Under the pieces are notes generated by a model, which was given only the letters and a program-made list of their open reading frames with translations, searched no databases and was not told where the DNA came from. Both the position numbers and the translations under genes were made by a program. 64,000 nucleotides of DNA from Octopus vulgaris (lineage: Eukaryota): the NCBI GenBank assembly GCA_951406725.2, contig OX597822.1, forward strand, positions 104,966,001 through 105,030,000. Direction: 5' to 3'. Of the stretch, positions 56,128 through 64,000 are shown in pieces (positions within the stretch are counted from its first letter, which is position 1; each line of letters begins with the position of its first letter).

Positions 56128-56770
56128 AACTAGAAAAGCACTCGGAGATTGCAGATCTCCGCCAAGCAGTTCATTTCCACCCATATACATACATATACAC
56201 CCATATACGTCGCCCAAGTTCCCAAACCAACGCCGGCAAAAACATAACCTCCTTGGCGGGGTCAAAAGAAATAACACAGCCATATGATTTTAAAAAAGAA
56301 ACATTTAAAAACAGGAATCAACTGAAGCAGTTATAATACATCAATGGCAACAAGAAGCTAGTTTCGCCATATAACTAAAAAGAAACAACAATTACCTAAA
56401 ACTTGAGTGATAACACACAGTGCGAGTAAAATTACTAGTAGAGAAAACGAAAATAAATTTTGAAAACACCAATGCCACCATAGGTTACGTAGAAACGATG
56501 AACTTGTTTTCAAGGGAGATAATCAAAGAACATAACGTTGTAATACTTCATGTAAAGTAAATATAACAAATGAAAAATCCTTCAAGAATCCCTAAAACTT
56601 CCCGGATCACTACCAAAATTTCATCATCTGTTCCTTGTGTCATTACCAACTTTTCCCGCATGTTTCATCAGATACCGTTCATAACATTTTGAGTTATTTT
56701 GCCCACAGTCGGACAGACGGACAAACCAATGCCGATGAAAACATAATCGCCTTCCTTGGCGGAGGTAATT
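56128..56770. mobile_element. Helentron-associated (DINE-1/HINE-like) elements
   Basis: Subterminal inverted ctccgccaag / cttggcgg(ag); aaaacataa..ctccttggcgg end occurs twice (~56250, ~56755); cagacggacaaacc tract. Confidence 0.55.
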
Positions 56771-56856
56771 AAAATTCTCTTACAATTTAACATCTCTTCT
56801 CAATTTTTAACAAATTTGGTGTGTTTTAAGAGATTCCTTTCTATAAATTCACAACA

Positions 56857-56902
<46 letters not shown>

Positions 56903-57371
56903 ACATACGCATTTATATACACATATATATTTGTAGTTGAAGATCATATTACTCTCATACACACATAGCCGTATAGTGCATATTATAATGGTTGTCCGTT
57001 AAAAGAAAAAGAAACACAATTTTATATTAGCTGAGTAAATATATAAAGCGTATAACATTGGAAGCTAAATATCACTTAATAACAGGAAATTATGCAAGAA
57101 AATAAACAAGAGGTAGTTATGTAAGCTTGAAGTATCATTACACAGGTCGTTAACTTAATTTACTTTCGTAGAAGATTCTGTGAATCAATTAAAACAATTA
57201 TTTTCATATAACGATATTTTAGTGTAGTTCCGTAATGTTGAAATAGTGGAAGAAGTAGGGAGGCAAGAAATCTTGTGTGCTACTACATGGGTAAGATAAA
57301 AGGGACATAAAGGGTGTAGGTAAGAGACATTTGTGATATAATCTTCCATATTACTCTCTCTCTCTCTCTCT

Positions 57372-57748
57372 CTCTTTTACTCTATTACTTGTTTCAGTCA
57401 GTTGACTGCGGCGATGCTGGAGCACCGCCTTTAATCGAGTAACTCGACCCCGGGACTTATTCTTTTGTAAGCCCAGTACTTATTCTATCGGTCTCTTTTG
57501 CCGAACCGCTAAGTAACGGGGACATAAACACACTAGCATCGGTTGTCAAGCAATGCTAGGGGGAAAAACACAGACACACAAACACACACACGCATATATA
57601 TATATATATATACATATATACGACGGGCTTCTTTCAGTTTCCGTCTACCAAATCCACTCACAAGGCTTTGGTCGGTACGAGGCTATAGTAGAAGACACTT
57701 GCCCAAGGTGCCACGCAGTGGGACTGAACCCGGAACCATGTGGTTGGT
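57372..57748 (-). mobile_element. SINE family A
   Basis: Reverse-complement homology. Confidence 0.88.
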
Positions 57749-58968
57749 ACAAGGTATATGGTATTTTCGCACTAGCTAATTATCTCAAATTAACCTCTAA
57801 TTGTTTTAATCCTCCTTAGACGGTGTTTTTGCTGTCCTCAAATATACCCCATCTGCCATTATATTCCACGATATGTTTTGTTCCTCCTCTCCTTAATCAT
57901 TTATTCTTCACAACTGCAATAAACTGTAGATATTGATATTAACCTAAATATTAGTTTGCTATCTTTGAATTCATTAAAAATATTACTTGATATTTATATA
58001 CTCATTCTCTTTATTTAAAATTCATTTCGTCTAAATTCCTCATAAACTTCCATGCGGTTTGTTTTCACTAAATATAGTATCTCAAAAATGAATGTATGTG
58101 TGTGTTTATACATACATAGACTTTTACACAAATACAAATAAACACTCATATATGTCTGTCTGAATGCATGTATGGATGGCCGGATGGATGAATGGATGGA
58201 AGGAGGGAGGCACGCATGCATGCATTGCTATATGTCGCCATTCTTTATAAACACAAATCAAAATTCATTCCATTTCACAAACACTACACAGTATACAACA
58301 TCTATATTCCCTTTCCTTTCGCGTTCTCATGCGAACCTTCTCTTTCCTTTCTATATTGAAATATCCTATTTCTTATGTGCTTGTATGAAAGTTATCTCTC
58401 TTCATCGAAAACTCCTTTTTCTTTCTTTATTCAATATTAATAAATGCAGAAGTTTTGAAACTTACTGTTAATTTATTTTTAAAACTCCTTCGCCCACCAT
58501 ATTTTAAATAAATTCGTTGAGCTCTTTCATCAATGAGTAATAGGTAGTGAAACACCCTGTATTTCACAGCAATGCACAAGTATATATGCTTTTATCTATG
58601 TACGCATGTATGTATGCTTGTTTGTATGTATGTATGTATGTACGTTAGTATGTAAGTAATAATGTATGTAAGTATATATTTAAATATGAATGTTTATGTA
58701 TGTGTAAATGTATCTATTGTGTGTTTATGTATGTATTCGACAAAACCGCCACAATCTAGAAACCCTTAAACTATAAGAGACTATAAGGGAACTAGAATTT
58801 CAATGGAGGACATCTTAGAGTCACGAGAATATAAGATGCAAAAGCTTAACAGTCAAGAGGCTCATCAATTGATACAACCATCGGTTGCCTGAATTCAAAA
58901 TACATTTCTTAAGAGTTGATTTTAAGTAAAAAAAATACAAAATATACACCCACACGCACATACATACG

Positions 58969-59006
<38 letters not shown>

Positions 59007-59114
59007 TACATATATATAAGTAATATATATATATATATACATGTATATATATATATATACATGCATATAAACATATATATACATGTATATATATATATAT
59101 ACATACATATAAAC

Positions 59115-59145
<31 letters not shown>

Positions 59146-59160
59146 CACATACATATAAAC

Positions 59161-59241
<81 letters not shown>

Positions 59242-59257
59242 TATATACATACATATA

Positions 59258-59296
<39 letters not shown>

Positions 59297-60133
59297 ACAT
59301 ACATACATATAAACATATATATATATATATATATACATGTGTGTATGTGTGTTTGTGTGTGTATGTATGTATGTATTTATATTCTTAAGGTTAAGTTTCT
59401 TGTAATTATTGCAATGTAAAAGCGTTATTTCGAACTGAAAATACGTCATAATATGCATTGTATTACCATACACGAGTGAAATGGCGAACAATAACACTGA
59501 CAGAGTAAAAATTTCAATCGATAATAATATTTGAAATCTGGAACTTACCTAATGGTAATTCTTAATGGAATCCTACTTCTGGTCTGATATGTCTAACTAC
59601 TCTCTATGTGGATATACATATGATAATAGAATGAACACTTCGATTATTCAAAAATCCCTTGAATTATAATGGAATATATTTGAAGATCTTCAGGTTGTAG
59701 AATCGTTAAAGATGTTCGACAGCTACTTCAAGGTTCGGCGTTTCGTATTTGTCATTGGTATTGCATTCATACTTATTGTTGCTGTTATTTTATTTGTTTT
59801 TATTGGTGGTGGTGGTCGTGGTCAACAGTGTCTTGGTCATACCTGATCTCGTAAACTTATGACCGAGGTTGTTCCGTCCGTAACCATTTTCATTTATTTA
59901 GTGATAGCCTGTATACATACATATACATACACATATACATGCATATGCATATGCGTGCTTACACACACATAGACATACACACACACACACACACATACAC
60001 TCACACGAACACATATACAGGACCTTAAGACGACAGGGTGTTATTTCAGAGGGATTTAACTGCTGTTTCTAACCGCTAAATAGCGTATCTCACAAACATA
60101 CGTACACAAGCACAACGTGAGTGTGTAAGTGTA

Positions 60134-60175
<42 letters not shown>

Positions 60176-62141
60176 ATACAAATGCATTTTTACATATTTT
60201 TCTGTTTACCTGCGTAATTTTATTTTACTTGCATGACACTTTCTCTATAAGAGGAAAATAGTCTCATCTGTAGGTTGTCCAAAGGTAACACTATGGAAAA
60301 AAAGTATGTTATATTGATCTTTGAGTAATTCACTTTAAAAATATCTTGACTAAAATTAAATTTCGTAAACATTTCTTGTGGATTTTGGTGGATTTGACAA
60401 ACATTTCAAGGTGAATTTTATGATTTGATTAATCTCTTAAGAAATTTAACTTTATGAAAGAAAGAAAAATAATTATAAGGTATATAATAATCAACTTTGG
60501 ATTCAACTAAGTTATAGAATGAACTTCAAGTGCTCGTGACGGGTAATAGTTCTAGGAATCACTGTCTTAGAGGGTGCGTGATTGGTTGTAAATGAGCTTC
60601 TTGGAATCGTTCACAACAGTATGTTTTGGTACTAATACAGAATTGGAGTGTGTTTGTAATGGCTGTTAGCTTATAAAGCATTACTAGAAGATATGTCGAG
60701 TACAAAACGTCTCATCTATAAACGGAATTGTATCTTGGATATATTTGTAGATTTATTTCAGTAATTGTTATAGTCATACGTGTGTTGGTGTTTGTTGAAG
60801 AGCATGAATCAAGATCCGTGATAGCGTTTAAGTCACAGTTTTGTGTGGGATCAGGTAATGTTTCTTTATATCTTGTTTGAATTTTCCTCTAATCTGTTAG
60901 AGTGTTGTTCCTTCTGGCACGTATGCGATCGAAGCAATTGATATGAATTATTATCCTATCTTTGATCCTATACATGGAATCTCTTTGTATTCGTTAATAA
61001 TGTTTTGTTTAAGTTCTGCGCACTTGTCCGAAAATAGAGGTTACACATAGATAAGAGAGTTCAAAAAATATATCTCTAGTTTGTAGGAAGGAAAGGAGGT
61101 AAAATTATTGTGAGCGAAGAGAAAACGTTTAGGCGAAAATAGAAATAGTGTAAAATTTTGAAATATTGAATATGTATCGAGGCTTAAATAAAGTAAAAAA
61201 ATATAAAAAGAATTTCACAGGATAAAAGATGGTGGCTAAAAAGAAATATTAAGCAACAATAACTTTTTAATAGATAAAGAGCAAGATAAAGAAGACAAAA
61301 GCGACGAAATAAACAAATAAGATGAAAGACAAAGACAGATAAAAGATACAATACCAACTCTATAGGCAAAAAAAAAAAAAACGGCAAAGATAATGAAATG
61401 AAGAATAAAATGCTAATGTAGTAAATAAAAGAAAGTAATTGAAAGGGAAAGAAATCATAAAAGATATAATATAAAAGATAAAAGAACGAGAAATAAATGG
61501 TTGGAAATAGAAATAAATGCTGCATAAGTATTGAGGAAGACGGCTTATATAAGAACATATATTCAAACGCCCCAAGTTAAAGATGAAGAGTTCAATAAGA
61601 AGTTCGATGTTTAATGATATATATAAATTTGTAATGACCCTTTTTATTTGCTTTGGTGCGCTAGGGTTAACTTTGTCTTTCATACTTCTGGGGTTGATAA
61701 AATTAAATAAAACTGGTCTAGTAAATTGGCCAATGTCATCGACTACTAATCCTCACATCATAAAATTGCTGACCGTGTGTCAAAATCAGAAAAATAAACA
61801 CGGGTGAAATGGGGAGAATCATGGAATATTTCTTCCAGTTCTTTGCAAATCTCAGTTCAAAACCCGCTGAAACAGACTTTGCATGTCATCCTTTTTCTGT
61901 TTTCCTTTTATCGACACATAGATTGAAATGCCTCTAAGCAATTTTCCAGCGATCTAGCAAGTCTAACAGTTCACCACCTCATCAAAATAACAATAATGTT
62001 TTCAAATTGTTTAAAAAATTGTTTATATCGACCCCAGTTCCTGACTGCTACTTATTTCATCGACCTAGAAAGTATAACAGGTAAAGTCGATCTCGGCAGA
62101 ATTTGAGCTCAAAGCGTAAGACGGACGAAATGCCACCTTAC

Positions 62142-62142
<1 letters not shown>

Positions 62143-62194
<52 letters not shown>

Positions 62195-62195
62195 A

Positions 62196-62226
<31 letters not shown>

Positions 62227-62648
62227 TAATAATAATAGTAATAATAATAATAGTAATAATAATACTAGTAATAATAATAATAATTATAGTAATAATAATA
62301 ATAGTAATAATAACGGTAAGAATAATAATAGTAATAATAGTAATAATAATAGTAATACTAATAATAGTAATAATAATAATAGTAATAATAATAATAATTA
62401 TAGTAATAATAATAATAGTAATAATAATAATAATAATAGTAATAATAATAGTAATAATAATAATAGTAATAATAGTAATAATAATAGTAATAATAATAAT
62501 AGTAATAATAATAATAGTAATAATAACGGTAATAATAATAATAGTAATAATAGTAATAATAATAGTAATAATAATAATAGTAATAATAGTAATAATAATA
62601 GTAATAATAATAATAGTAATAATAATAATAGTAATAGTAATAATAATT
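62143..62648. repeat. (TAA)n/(TAG) compound microsatellite
   Basis: Direct reading. Confidence 0.95.
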
Positions 62649-62869
62649 TGGAACAAGGTCAGTAATTTTGATTGGTAGGCAAAGCAGTCCAGTGCTTAAC
62701 TAGTACTTATTTACAATTGATACCGCAATATCAACAGATGAAAGGATGGCTCTATATGAGCAGAATACTATGCATGGATAAGTTACCAGAAAGCTCCGTC
62801 ATGATAGTAACATCGATCATCAAAGCAGTTTATTATGGACGAATAGCCGGATTACTACCTCCCTCTTTG

Positions 62870-63600
62870 AAGGGCATGCGTTTGGACTCAAGGAACAGGA
62901 AATATCCACCAAGCACCTGATGCAGAAGAGATATAGAGATGCAGGAAAAGTTGTAAAAGGTGACAACCGATGCAGACTTTGTGGAGTTCACACTGAAGAT
63001 ATCACCTACATCATAAGCAGTTGCTCGAATATATCATCACAGTATAATCTACCGATGAGACATGACATTGGAGGTAAGATGCTCTCTAATGAAATCCGTT
63101 AGAAAGTTAATCCCAAGGCAAAGAAACAAAAAGCCACAATATGGCAGAAGCCATAACCACTCATAATATAGGCACAACAGACCTGATATAATGATTTAGG
63201 ATGCCGAAGAGAAACTGTGCACAATTGTGGAAATTAGTTGCCCAGCGGATGTTAACATAAAGCTGAACATCTGTGAAAAAGAAAACACCTATGCTGAACT
63301 ATTGAGAAATCTGCTGTTACTCTATCCAGATTACAAGTTCAGGTTTATACCTGTAATTATTGGGGCCGTGGGATATGTAACACACTGCCTAAATACCAAT
63401 CTTGAGAAATTAGGCTTCTCAAAACCAGAAAGGAAAAAACTAATTCGAAGACTACAGATCCAATCCATCACTGGAACTGTAAAAATTAGTAAAACTTTCC
63501 AGATTTATCATTTAAATATATATCAGCACGTGTGATATGTAACTATATGTATAAGAATATATACATAAAACATTCAAAACTGCGCATGAATACATACATA
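62870..63600 (+). pseudogene. RLE LINE family 3: zinc knuckle and restriction-like endonuclease remnant plus 3'UTR
   Basis: EQEISTKHL, CRLCGVHTEDITYIISSC, RHD, HNRPDIMI*D, IVEISCP, EKENTY, IPVIIGAVG; ends in (CATA)n. Confidence 0.88.
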
Positions 63601-63638
63601 ATACAAACATACATACGCACATACATACATACATAATA

Positions 63639-63801
63639 GGCGCAGGAGTGGCTGTGTGGTAAGTAGTTTGCTAACCAACCACATGGTTCCGGGTTCAGTC
63701 CCACTGCGTGGCATCTTGGGCAAGTGTCTTCTGCTATAGCCCCGGGCCGACAAATGCCTTGTGAGTGGATTTGGTAGACGGAAACTGAAAGAAGCCTGTC
63801 G
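63639..63801 (+). mobile_element. SINE family A 5' half
   Basis: Homology; followed by (TA)n and a Penelope-like insert. Confidence 0.88.
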
Positions 63802-63803
63802 TA

Positions 63804-63850
<47 letters not shown>

Positions 63851-63853
<3 letters not shown>

Positions 63854-64000
63854 GGTCCCGGGTTGATTCGGGGTTAACCACAGTAAATAATGTACTCAAT
63901 ACATAGCAGAGTAAAATTAATTTATTATATAGAAGGAGCTTCTACAGGACTAGAACTGTTTCATTCAAGAGAAATCATCAGTTTCCTGATGATTTCTCTC
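63851..64000 (-). mobile_element. Penelope-like pseudo-LTR (same family as 18754) with inverted junction
   Basis: Reverse complement matches 19224-19354; CTGATGA core; perfect 14-bp IR 63968-63981/63986-63999. Confidence 0.7.

Noticed and set aside
60380-61560. Possible old retroelement ORF and purine-rich tract
   Set aside because: No readable protein motif; low complexity

Overview
AT-rich, microsatellite-laden eukaryotic genomic DNA. The SINE repertoire and repeat landscape suggest an octopus/coleoid cephalopod; this is inferred, not verified. Only one convincing host coding exon was found: a first coding exon at 42653-42796 (+), product unidentified. The rest is intronic/intergenic and dominated by mobile DNA: several tRNA-headed SINE families, CR1/L2-group LINE 3' fragments, restriction-like-endonuclease (R4/Dong-type) LINE fragments sitting in (TAA)n/(CATA)n tracts, a decayed mariner, MITEs, Helitron/Helentron-type elements, and many short (TA)n-flanked Penelope-like pieces carrying hammerhead-ribozyme (HHR)-like cores. 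Most of the supplied ORFs are microsatellite artefacts. Most notable: a tRNA-headed SINE-like element whose tail carries an HHR; SINE-internal (TA)n tracts repeatedly used as landing pads by HHR-bearing elements; head/tail swapping among SINEs; a SINE/LINE pair sharing a 3' stem-loop; and a perfect 123-bp inverted copy of flanking DNA at a Penelope-like insertion. All calls are by eye, element boundaries are approximate, and family labels A, B, C, H1-2 and T1-2 are my own.
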